Source of the DNA: Chthoniobacterales bacterium
GTDB lineage: Bacteria > Verrucomicrobiota > Verrucomicrobiia > Chthoniobacterales > JACTMZ01
Reading direction: 5' to 3'
Length of the DNA stretch: 56,188 bases
Assembly: GCA_040881855.1 (NCBI GenBank)
Contig: JBBECM010000113.1
Location: 1 to 56,188, forward strand
A model generated the notes under the pieces. The model ran no database searches and was not told the DNA's origin. It worked only from the letters and a program-made list of their open reading frames with translations. This document shows positions 1-7,458 of the stretch, in pieces. The position numbers and the translations under genes were made by a program. The first letter of the stretch is position 1. Each line of letters starts with the position of its first letter.

Positions 1-626
1 CGAAATGCGGATTCCACCCGTGCCGATGCCAGAGGCGCAACAAGGTCAAAGTGAAGCTGGCGGACGGAAAAGAGCGCACCATCCAGCACATGACGTCCAC
101 CACTTTCTGGCATCCGGATGGCACGCCAATGTCCGCCCAGCAATTCATGGAGATGCTCTTCGGTAGGCTACCGGATTTCTTCCAAAGCGAGTCCGAGCTG
201 CGCGCGCTATGGAGCGCGCCGGACACGCGGGCCAAGCTACTGCAAGGTTTGTCCGAGAAAGGGTTCGGCCACGAGCAGTTGGCGGAGATGCAAAAGATCA
301 TCGACGCCGAGAAGAGCGATCTCTTCGACGTGTTGGCCTACGTCGCCTACGCCTTGGCACCGCTGACACGCGCCGAACGCGCCGACCATGCGCGGGTCTA
401 TATCAACTCCGAGTTCAGCACAAAACAGCGGGCCTTCTTGGAGTTCGTCCTGCAGCACTATGTCGACGTGGGCGTCGAAGAGTTGGACCAAGAAAAACTC
501 ACCCCGCTCCTCCGCCTCAAATACCACAACAGCATTTCTGATGCCGTGGCCGACCTCGGTGAACCCGAGCAAATCGGCCAAGTCTTCGCCGGCTTCCAGC
601 GTCATCTCTACAAGCAGGTAGCGTGA
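1..626 (+). CDS. hsdR: Type I restriction enzyme R subunit (HsdR), C-terminal fragment; 5' end lies outside the window
   Basis: Frame 3 is open from nt 3 (KCGFHPCRCQRRNKVKVKLADGKERT...) to TGA at 624-626. The tail (FWHPDGTPMSAQQFMEMLFG..., SESELRALWSAPDTRAKLL, DLFDVLAYVAYA, TKQRAFLEFVLQHYV) resembles the EcoEI-type HsdR C-terminal domain from memory. Confidence 0.7.
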   Translation, partial: KCGFHPCRCQRRNKVKVKLADGKERTIQHMTSTTFWHPDGTPMSAQQFMEMLFGRLPDFFQSESELRALWSAPDTRAKLLQGLSEKGFGHEQLAEMQKIIDAEKSDLFDVLAYVAYALAPLTRAERADHARVYINSEFSTKQRAFLEFVLQHYVDVGVEELDQEKLTPLLRLKYHNSISDAVADLGEPEQIGQVFAGFQRHLYKQVA

Positions 627-656
627 CCCCGTGACCTAGAGGATGGCAGGTTGGAG

Positions 657-1294
657 TTAGCGCCGGAAGGTCCGGCGGCGGCGGGGCGGGGCGGGGCGGC
701 CGTCGAGACGGGGTTCGAGCTTCGGGCGCCGGGGTGCCACGGCGGCTTCGCCGTGCTTGGGGACGTTTTGGCCCTCGAGGCGGAGACGTTCGATTTTGCG
801 CCCGATGAACCGCTCGATGGCGGCGAGTTTTTTCATCTCGTCGTGCCTTCGAGGGCTTCGATGCGCTGGTTTTGCGAGCGGTTGGCATGGAGGACGGCCA
901 CGGAATGGTTGTTGGCCCGCAGGCGTTTGGCGATGCGGTCGGCGCCGTAGCCCACGCCGCCGAAAATGGAACCGACTTTTAGGTCGGTGAAGCGGGCGAG
1001 GTCGCGCATGGAAGTTTCCACCTGCATGGCCAGTTCCCGTGTTGGCTCAAGGACGAGGCAGCGCAGTTTGCCGTGGGAACCGAGTTTTTGCAGGGCGGGC
1101 AGCGCGAAGGCGGCGGTTTTGCCCGCCCCGGTCTGGGCGGACGCTATGACATCGCGGCCCGCGAGGGCCGGAGGGATCGCCCGCAGCTGGACCCGGGTGG
1201 GTTCCCCGTAGCCCATGGCTTGGACGCCTTCGAGAAGTGGCTTGGACAATCCAAGCTTGGTGAACGGCATGTGAAAGGCGGGCGGTCGGGTCAC
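657..1294 (-). pseudogene. DEAD-box RNA helicase relic with two internal deletions and a frame change
   Basis: The 833..1294 ORF carries the Q-motif region (GYGEPTRVQ), motif I (AQTGAGKT), motif Ia (PTRELA) and GGVGYG. It then jumps directly to C-domain sequence (ADRIAKRL...AVLHANRSQNQRIEALEG) and stops. Motifs II (DEAD) and III (SAT) and the start of domain 2 are absent. A 59-codon ORF (657..836, ATGA overlap) encodes the typical helicase tail KKLAAIERFIGRKIERLRLEG. Motifs V and VI (ARGxD, HRxGRTGR) are also missing. Confidence 0.7.
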
Positions 1295-1356
1295 CGCCGG
1301 GAGAAGGTCCGATTTCGTTTGCCCCGGGCGGGCGGATGGGCAATAGTGGTGGCTGT

Positions 1357-1500
1357 ATGAAAAACCTACCGACCCTCGTTGTCACGGCCTTGGCCCTGGC
1401 TGCATTCGCCACCACCTCTTTCGCCGGCAGTTGCGGCGGGTGCCCCGGTGAAGGCGGGAAGAAAGACAAAGCCAAGACTGAAGAAGGCGCTCAGAGCTGA
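1357..1500 (+). CDS. Small secreted Cys-Gly peptide (47 aa), hypothetical; not in the supplied ORF track
   Basis: ATG at 1357, TGA at 1498-1500. Translation: MKNLPTLVVTALALAAFATTSFAGSCGGCPGEGGKKDKAKTEEGAQS. It has a Sec-type signal (basic n-region, Ala/Leu core, SFA-G site). An intrinsic terminator follows 21 nt downstream. Confidence 0.55.
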   Translation: MKNLPTLVVTALALAAFATTSFAGSCGGCPGEGGKKDKAKTEEGAQS

Positions 1501-1521
1501 GCAGCCATCTGGCGTTTCACC

Positions 1522-1554
1522 GAAGCGGCTCCCACGGGGGCCGCTTCTTTTTTT
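1522..1554 (+). terminator. Rho-independent terminator after the small peptide gene
   Basis: GAAGCGGC (1522-1529) pairs with GCCGCTTC (1540-1547) and is followed by T7 (1548-1554). Confidence 0.7.
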
Positions 1555-1571
1555 GCCTTCCCGTCCGTCCG

Positions 1572-2051
1572 CTAACACCGGGCAGAAGCAGCGTGGGGCA
1601 GTTCGAGGCCGCAGGCGCGCATTTTGTCGAGAGAGCGACGGACGGTCTCGGCGAGGGTGTGGCGGTCGAGGATGTCGGCAACCGAATTGCGCACTTCGAG
1701 CATGACCATGCGGAGGCCGCAGGTGTTTTCATCGGGGCACGAGCATTTTCCGTATTTGCTCTGGCTCACGCAGCGGATGGGGGCGAGCGGCCCGTCGATG
1801 AGGCGGATGACTTGTCCGAGCGTGATGCTGTCCATCGGCTTCTCCAGAAAATACCCCCCGTGCTTGCCGCGCTTGGTCCCGATGAAGCCGGCTTTGCGCA
1901 ATTGCATGAGGATCTGGTCGAGGAAACCTTTGGGGAGGTTTTCCCGGGCGACGATTTCCTGGGCGCGGAGCATGGGGCGCCCGAGCTCGGCGGCGATGCC
2001 GAGGTCGATCAGCGCACGCAGCGCGTATTCCCCTCGCTTGGATATTTTCAT
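1572..2051 (-). CDS. Rrf2-family transcriptional regulator (probable Fe-S or redox sensing)
   Basis: MKISKRGEYALRALIDLG...LPKGFLDQILMQLRKAGFIGTKRGKHGGYFL is the canonical Rrf2 wHTH. It has a C-x8-C-x-C-x5-C cluster. I trimmed the ORF to the ATG at 2051 to match family N-termini. Confidence 0.9.
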   Translation of the reverse strand: MKISKRGEYALRALIDLGIAAELGRPMLRAQEIVARENLPKGFLDQILMQLRKAGFIGTKRGKHGGYFLEKPMDSITLGQVIRLIDGPLAPIRCVSQSKYGKCSCPDENTCGLRMVMLEVRNSVADILDRHTLAETVRRSLDKMRACGLELPHAASARC

Positions 2052-2143
2052 GGACGGGAAGGGGATAGTGCTACCACCCCGCATGGTCTGCAAGCCCCCG
2101 CGCGGCATTGCCAGGGAGGGCGGCACGGTTTAGAAACGCGGCG

Positions 2144-3418
2144 ATGAAGATCGTTTGCGCGTATTCGGGCGGCTTGGACACCTCGGTCCTGCTGCAATGG
2201 CTGAAGGAAACCTACGGGGCCGAGGTTATCGCCTTTTGCGCCAATATCGGGCAAGAGGAGGAGTTGGACGGTCTGGAGCAAAAGGCGCTGACCACGGGGG
2301 CGACGAAGTGCCATGTCGACGATCTGCAGGAGGAGTTCGCGCGGGATTTTATCTTTCCGATGTTCCGCGCGGGGGCGCTTTACGAGGGACAGTATTTTCT
2401 CGGCACGAGCATCGCGCGTCCGCTCATCGCCAAGCGCATGGTGGAGATCGCGCGGGCCGAGGGGGCGGCCGCCGTGGCGCACGGGGCCACGGGCAAGGGC
2501 AATGACCAGGTCCGTTTCGAGCTGGCCGCCGCGGCCTTGGCTCCGGACTTGGAGGTGATCGCGCCGTGGCGGCAGGAGCGCTTCCGCGAAAAATTCCCGG
2601 GCCGCGCCGAGATGATCGCCTACGCCGAGGCGCACGGGATCCCGGTGCCGGTGACGGCGAAGAAGCCGTATTCCATGGATCGCAACCTGCTGCACATCAG
2701 CTACGAGAGCGGAATCCTGGAGGACCCGTGGTTCGACGCGAGCGAGGAGGAGAACAAGGATATGTTCCGCCTGGGGGCCTCGCCCGAGGATGCGCCCGAC
2801 GCGGCCGAGCGGGTGATTTTGCATTTCAACCGGGGAGACTGCACCGGCCTCGAAGGCGACGGGGTGGCGCAGGCGCTCGGGGAACTCGGGCCCAAGGGCG
2901 ACGGCCGGAAGTTGGATCCGCTCACGGTAATGCGCGTCCTCAACAAAATCGGCGGCAAGCACGGCATCGGGCGGGTCGACATGGTGGAGAACCGGTTCGT
3001 CGGCATGAAGAGCCGCGGGGTCTACGAAACGCCGGGCGGGGCGATTTTGCATTTCGCCCACCGGCAGATGGAGTCGCTCACGATGGATCGCGAGGCCATG
3101 CACCTGCGCGATTCCCTCATCCCGCGCTACAGCACCTTGGTCTACAACGGATTCTGGTTCGCGCCGGAGCGCCACGCGCTGCAGGCGCTGGTCGAGGAAA
3201 CGCAGAAGGACGTGACCGGCGAAGTGCGGGTCAAACTTTACAAGGGCAATGTCATAGCCGCCGGTCGCCGCAGCCCGTTGAGCCTTTACAATCCGCACAT
3301 GGCGACGATGGAGGCCGATCCGACGCAGGCCTACAACCAGTCGGACGCCACGGGATTCATCCGTTTGAATGCGCTGCGCCTCAAGGTCGCGGCCTTGCGC
3401 GGACCCGGCGCGTCCTGA
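2144..3418 (+). CDS. argG: Argininosuccinate synthase
   Basis: [15 protein letters not shown] (N-type ATP-PPase P-loop), [14 protein letters not shown], and [24 protein letters not shown]. Confidence 0.97.
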   Translation: MKIVCAYSGGLDTSVLLQWLKETYGAEVIAFCANIGQEEELDGLEQKALTTGATKCHVDDLQEEFARDFIFPMFRAGALYEGQYFLGTSIARPLIAKRMVEIARAEGAAAVAHGATGKGNDQVRFELAAAALAPDLEVIAPWRQERFREKFPGRAEMIAYAEAHGIPVPVTAKKPYSMDRNLLHISYESGILEDPWFDASEEENKDMFRLGASPEDAPDAAERVILHFNRGDCTGLEGDGVAQALGELGPKGDGRKLDPLTVMRVLNKIGGKHGIGRVDMVENRFVGMKSRGVYETPGGAILHFAHRQMESLTMDREAMHLRDSLIPRYSTLVYNGFWFAPERHALQALVEETQKDVTGEVRVKLYKGNVIAAGRRSPLSLYNPHMATMEADPTQAYNQSDATGFIRLNALRLKVAALRGPGAS

Positions 3419-3441
3419 GCGGTCCCTGCGGCCGGCTTCTT

Positions 3442-3954
3442 TCAGACCTGCATGAGCAGGAAAATCAGGGCCACCGTGACCACGGCGGCGAGCAGGATGA
3501 CGCCAAAGACCAAACGGCGGCCGGTGCGGCCATGACGTGTGCCGCGCCGTGGCGATTTTGCGCCTTCCTTGCGGTGGTGCCGCCGCCGCCGCCTCGGATG
3601 CGAGGATTTTTCCCCGCTGGCCGGGGGGAGAGGCGGGGTCGCTGGGGGTTCCGCGCCGGGGCGGCGCGTTACGAGCGTCCGGGGAACGCTTTCCAACACG
3701 GTGGGAAATTCGTCAACCGGACGCCAGTCGGTCTGACCCGCGAACCAAAAAAGTGCCTCATCCTCGAACCAGTTGGCGCGCAGTCCCGCCATGACTTCTT
3801 CCGCGCTGGCTGGTCCGTAAATGGTTTCGTCCCAGGAGAGGAAGATTTGGGCACCATCGCCACGGGCCCGGTCTGATCCGTGCAGCTTGCGGGGCAGGAA
3901 GAAGTGGGGAGGACGAAAAGGCAGCCCCTGCGGTTGACCTGGTGTCGTGCTCAT
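3442..3954 (-). CDS. GYF_2-like domain protein with Arg-rich linker and C-terminal TM anchor
   Basis: The pattern W..E.IYGP.SAEEVMAGLRANWFEDEALFWFAGQTDWRPV resembles the GYF_2/DUF4339 pattern. It is followed by a RRRRRHHRK linker and the TM segment LVFGVILLAAVVTVALIFLL. The start overlaps the blc stop (ATGA). Confidence 0.6.
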   Translation of the reverse strand: MSTTPGQPQGLPFRPPHFFLPRKLHGSDRARGDGAQIFLSWDETIYGPASAEEVMAGLRANWFEDEALFWFAGQTDWRPVDEFPTVLESVPRTLVTRRPGAEPPATPPLPPASGEKSSHPRRRRRHHRKEGAKSPRRGTRHGRTGRRLVFGVILLAAVVTVALIFLLMQV

Positions 3955-4478
3955 GGTGCAGGAATTCCGGACGGGGTGGTGGGCCGGAGGCGGCTCACGT
4001 CAAATCCCTGGGCCGCCAGCCGCGCACGGATGCGTCCGAGAAGCGCGGGATCGAGTTCCGGTTGGCGGGCGAGAATCCAAAGGTAGCGCCGGTCGGGTGT
4101 GCCGACGGCAGCCCAGCGGTAAGCGGGATCGAGGTCGACGATCCAGTAGTCTCCCTCGAAGGGGCCGAAGAGACGGACTTTGAGTTTGCCGTTGTTGCTG
4201 CCCGGCACGGCGCGAGCCGATCCTTCGATCGAGGTTGCGCGTCCGCTGCGGCGCACGCAGGTATTGACCACTTTGATGGTGCCATCGGGTTGCGGTGTGT
4301 AAGCGGCTTTGGTCCCGGTGCAACCGCTTTGGAACCAACTCGGGAACGATTCGATCTCATGCCATCCGCCGGCGTAGCGGGCTAGATCGACCGCGGCCAC
4401 GGTGGTCGGCGGGGGCATCGGGGTGGCGCATGCACACAGCAGGAACGCAGTCAGACAAAGACCAGCGGCACGGGTCAT
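3951..4478 (-). CDS. blc: Bacterial lipocalin (Blc-like outer-membrane lipoprotein)
   Basis: Lipobox LLCAC, then VDLARYAGGWHEI, GTIKVVNTC, GKLKVRLFGPFEGDYWIVDLDPAYRWAAVG and YLWILAR are hallmark Blc motifs. Confidence 0.85.
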   Translation of the reverse strand: MTRAAGLCLTAFLLCACATPMPPPTTVAAVDLARYAGGWHEIESFPSWFQSGCTGTKAAYTPQPDGTIKVVNTCVRRSGRATSIEGSARAVPGSNNGKLKVRLFGPFEGDYWIVDLDPAYRWAAVGTPDRRYLWILARQPELDPALLGRIRARLAAQGFDVSRLRPTTPSGIPAP

Positions 4479-4541
4479 GCCACGACCATACGCCCGAGCA
4501 AATGATTAAGCCAGATCATTGCCGATGTTTGATTGGGGCAC

Positions 4542-6875
4542 TCACGCGGGTGGCCGCCCGAGGCGCCAACGCAGGTAAAGGACTCCGGCCAAGGCCGCGA
4601 GGCAGGCCCACAGCAGCACGCCTCGCCAGGGAATCTGCCAAGGTGGCTTGGTCGAGACGACGAATTCGCCGGTCGGCCAGCGATCCCGACCCCCCGCCAT
4701 GGTGACAACGCGCCAAGTGCTGGCCGTGCCGGCGTCCAGTCCGTCGATTGCGGCCGTCAGTGCCGTCAGTTCGCGCCCCTCGTGTTCGAGTTCGGCGGTG
4801 CCGAGGATTTTCATCACCGCCCGATGCGGGGCGGGGCGGAAGTCGCCCGCATAGGGCAAGCCGGTGGCCGGATCCTGCAGCGTCGGGTTGAAGCCGTACT
4901 CCAAACGGTAAGCATCGGCGTCCGGATCACGCGCGAAGATCACTTGAATCCGGGCGGAGTGACGCGCGGTCTCGGCGCGCGCGCTTTCCATTTTGAGCGC
5001 GAGGGCGAGGTCTCTTGTGCCGGTCCCGGGCGTAGCCCGCGGCCGGGCGAGAGTTGGGGGCTCGGGGAAAGCTTGGAGTTTGTTTTCTTCCCAGACGATG
5101 CGGAATGGATCGGAAACCGCTTCGCGGCGCCCGGAGCTCTCCCTTTGGCCGCTGAGAATCCATCGACGCGAACCGTCTTCCGCCGCCGCGGCATCGATCT
5201 CCCCGGCCGCCCACTCGGCCGGGGCGGCTTCGTGGCCGGGCGTGCCGTCGTGCGGAGGAGGAACCAGTCCGCGGAATAAATCCGTGAGCCGGTCGCCGAT
5301 CCGCCCGATCCATCCGCGCGGCCGAGGTGGCAGCGTGTATTCCGACCGGACGCCGTCCTCCATGAATTCAAGCCGGATCTTGTCCCATCCCTCGCCGGCG
5401 GTGCGCCATTCCAAGCGGTGTGGAGCCGAGGTGTTGCCGGCGAGGCGGACGTCGCGGTTGAGTTTCCAAGGTCGCGGCGCGGGCGGAGGCGTGGTTGGCA
5501 GAGGCCCGGCGGGCTCGCGCGGTGTTGCCGCCGTTTCCGCGGCGGGCGCGGGGGCCTTGACTGCCAGTCGCGCCGGGGCACCGCGTCCGAGATTGACCAT
5601 CACCAGCTCGGGACGGACGGCATCGCGTCCCGCATCGAGTTGCAGCATCACGGTCTCGACCGAATCCGGAGCGACCGTGAATTCGCGGCTGTCGAGCGAG
5701 TTCCCGCCGGACAGTTTCAGTCCGGCCGCCGCCTCGATCATGAAGCGCCCGGGGACGCCTCCGGCGTTGGTCACGGTCAGGCCCGCTTCCGGGCTCCGGG
5801 TGAGATCAAGTTCTGTGGTCAGCACCTTCAGATCAGCCGGCACCGGTGGGGCCGCCAGCGAGACTTCACCGCGGTGGACTGGGGTGGTGAATGTCACTTT
5901 GACCTCGCGGCGTGCGCCTTTGCGTTCTTCCGGGATGCGCAGTTCCAAGGTGTGGGCGGTGCCGGGGGCCAGCGCCACGCGGGATTCGGTCACCACGAGG
6001 TCCGGCGGTTCCACCTCGATCTTGATGTCCTGGGGCAACCCGGCCCGGCTCTGCAAGACGAGGCGCGCCTCGCGGGCTCGGCCTGCCAAGGTGAATTCCG
6101 GCCGCTCCGCCGTGACCTCGAAGGGTGCGTGAGACCGTCCGAGCAGGACAGTTTGCGTTCCGGCCGAATCATTGACGCCCGGCCGCAGCACCTGACGGTC
6201 GGATTGTCCGGACGAGGCCGGTGCGTAGCGTATGGTCAAGTTGGTCGACTGTCCGCGGGGCAATTGGAAGCGCGCTGGTCCGAGAATTTCAAAAGGCGGC
6301 TCGGCGCGGTTTTCGACGGACAACACGCCTCCCCCGGCGTTGGCCAGTTCCAGCGGCAATGTCATCGTCTCGCCGGCCGCAGCTTCGAATTCCAGCGCGG
6401 CCGGGGCGAGCAGCACCGGAGGACGGTCGCGGATGTCGATGCGCACGGTGGCCGGCGAACTGAGTCCGCCGCGCAGTCCGCGGACCCGGAAGGTGAATTC
6501 GTCCGTCGCGCCGTCTTCGGCACCGTCATGCACATAGGTCACGGAGCCGTCGGTCGAGAGGGAGACGCGATCCGGGTCGGGTTGGAGAACCGGCGAAAGC
6601 CGGCCGTGGCGCGGCGGGCGGTCGATGACGTATTCCACGGGGTTGTTCCCGTGGAACCCGCGCAGGGGGATACCGACCCGGTCGCCGTGCCACACGGAGA
6701 CATTGGTGCCGGCGGCGACGGGCGGTTTCCAGAGGTTTTGCCCGGACTGTCCGGCGGCGGTGGCGGAAAGGACCGCGCCGAGGGCGGCGGCGAGGAAAAG
6801 TCTGTTCGGCCGCACGCGGGCATCAAAGCGAATGGGATTGAAAATGGCGAGTGGAACCCTACGTTGTGGAGACAT
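4542..6875 (-). CDS. Large secreted or cell-surface protein with Ig-like/cadherin-like beta domains and a C-terminal TM anchor (hypothetical)
   Basis: The signal-like segment is RLFLAAALGAVLSATAAGQ. One segment is VEYVIDRPPRHGRLSP...DGSVTYVHDGAEDGATDEFTFRVRG...ATVRIDI (cadherin/Big-like), followed by PapD/ASH-like repeats. The C-terminal segment is VLLWACLAALAGVLYLRWRLGR. An alternative GTG start at 6815 gives a more canonical signal peptide (MRPNRLFLAAALG...). Confidence 0.7.
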   Translation of the reverse strand: MSPQRRVPLAIFNPIRFDARVRPNRLFLAAALGAVLSATAAGQSGQNLWKPPVAAGTNVSVWHGDRVGIPLRGFHGNNPVEYVIDRPPRHGRLSPVLQPDPDRVSLSTDGSVTYVHDGAEDGATDEFTFRVRGLRGGLSSPATVRIDIRDRPPVLLAPAALEFEAAAGETMTLPLELANAGGGVLSVENRAEPPFEILGPARFQLPRGQSTNLTIRYAPASSGQSDRQVLRPGVNDSAGTQTVLLGRSHAPFEVTAERPEFTLAGRAREARLVLQSRAGLPQDIKIEVEPPDLVVTESRVALAPGTAHTLELRIPEERKGARREVKVTFTTPVHRGEVSLAAPPVPADLKVLTTELDLTRSPEAGLTVTNAGGVPGRFMIEAAAGLKLSGGNSLDSREFTVAPDSVETVMLQLDAGRDAVRPELVMVNLGRGAPARLAVKAPAPAAETAATPREPAGPLPTTPPPAPRPWKLNRDVRLAGNTSAPHRLEWRTAGEGWDKIRLEFMEDGVRSEYTLPPRPRGWIGRIGDRLTDLFRGLVPPPHDGTPGHEAAPAEWAAGEIDAAAAEDGSRRWILSGQRESSGRREAVSDPFRIVWEENKLQAFPEPPTLARPRATPGTGTRDLALALKMESARAETARHSARIQVIFARDPDADAYRLEYGFNPTLQDPATGLPYAGDFRPAPHRAVMKILGTAELEHEGRELTALTAAIDGLDAGTASTWRVVTMAGGRDRWPTGEFVVSTKPPWQIPWRGVLLWACLAALAGVLYLRWRLGRPPA

Positions 6876-7458
6876 GGTCCGGTCCGCTTGCTCCTCCCTG
6901 GTTGCGGTTCTTCTCACAATGTCTCCGGGTCGTGCCGAGGGCGCGGGGCCGGTCTTGACGCCGCCCGCGGAACTGACCGCGCCGCAGGACCCACCCAAAG
7001 TGGTGCCGCGCGTTCTCGACCTGGCCACACCGGAGAATACGCGCATCATCGTCTCCTTGGGACGACAACGGGTCTACCTCCGGGTCGGGGACGAAGTGGC
7101 GATCGACGCTCCGGTCTCGACCGGCAAGCGGCGTGCGCAGACGCCGGCCGGCGACTATCGCATTCTCGAAAAGTCGGCCACGCACGCTTCGAATCAGCAC
7201 GGGGATTTTGCCGATCGCGATGGCCGCCCGGTGCGCCAAGGGGTCAGCACCCGCGTCGATCCCGCCCCGAGCGGCACGGTCTTCGTCGTGGTTCCGGTGC
7301 AATACCATTTGCGGCTCGACGATGCGGGACTGGCCCTGCATGCCGGACGTCTGCCCGGCTATCCGGCGGCGGACACCGCGGTGCGCTTGCCGGCCGATGT
7401 CGCGCCTCTGATTTACCAGCGGGTCAAAACCGGCACTCCGGTTACGATCGAGGAGTGA
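6874..7458 (+). CDS. YkuD (L,D-transpeptidase) domain protein lacking the catalytic Cys
   Basis: The signal is MVRSACSSLVAVLL. The YkuD core is IIVSLGRQRVYL...APVSTGKRRAQTPAGDYRILEK...GLALHAG...VRLPADVAPLIYQRVKTGTPVTI. The usual S-H-G-C before VRL reads A-D-T-A. An alternative ATG lies at 6844. Confidence 0.75.
   Translation: MVRSACSSLVAVLLTMSPGRAEGAGPVLTPPAELTAPQDPPKVVPRVLDLATPENTRIIVSLGRQRVYLRVGDEVAIDAPVSTGKRRAQTPAGDYRILEKSATHASNQHGDFADRDGRPVRQGVSTRVDPAPSGTVFVVVPVQYHLRLDDAGLALHAGRLPGYPAADTAVRLPADVAPLIYQRVKTGTPVTIEE

Noticed and set aside
682-696. Short tandem (CGGGG)x3 tract.
   Set aside because: It lies inside the Arg/Pro-rich tail of the helicase relic. It is too short and isolated to call a functional repeat or G-quadruplex element.
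6873-6876. Divergent genes whose ATG start codons overlap on the palindrome CATG (surface-protein gene at 6875 minus, YkuD gene at 6874 plus).
   Set aside because: This is probably a start-assignment artefact. A GTG at 6815 gives the minus-strand protein a canonical signal peptide (MRPNRLFLAAALG...) and restores a divergent intergenic spacer of 28 bp (to the ATG at 6844) or 58 bp (to the ATG at 6874).
7442-7458. A 17-bp convergent overlap of the YkuD-like gene and the MFS sugar-porter gene. There is also a 3-bp stop-codon overlap of tauE and thiS at 41859-41862.
   Set aside because: Short convergent 3' overlaps are common in compact GC-rich genomes and need no special explanation.
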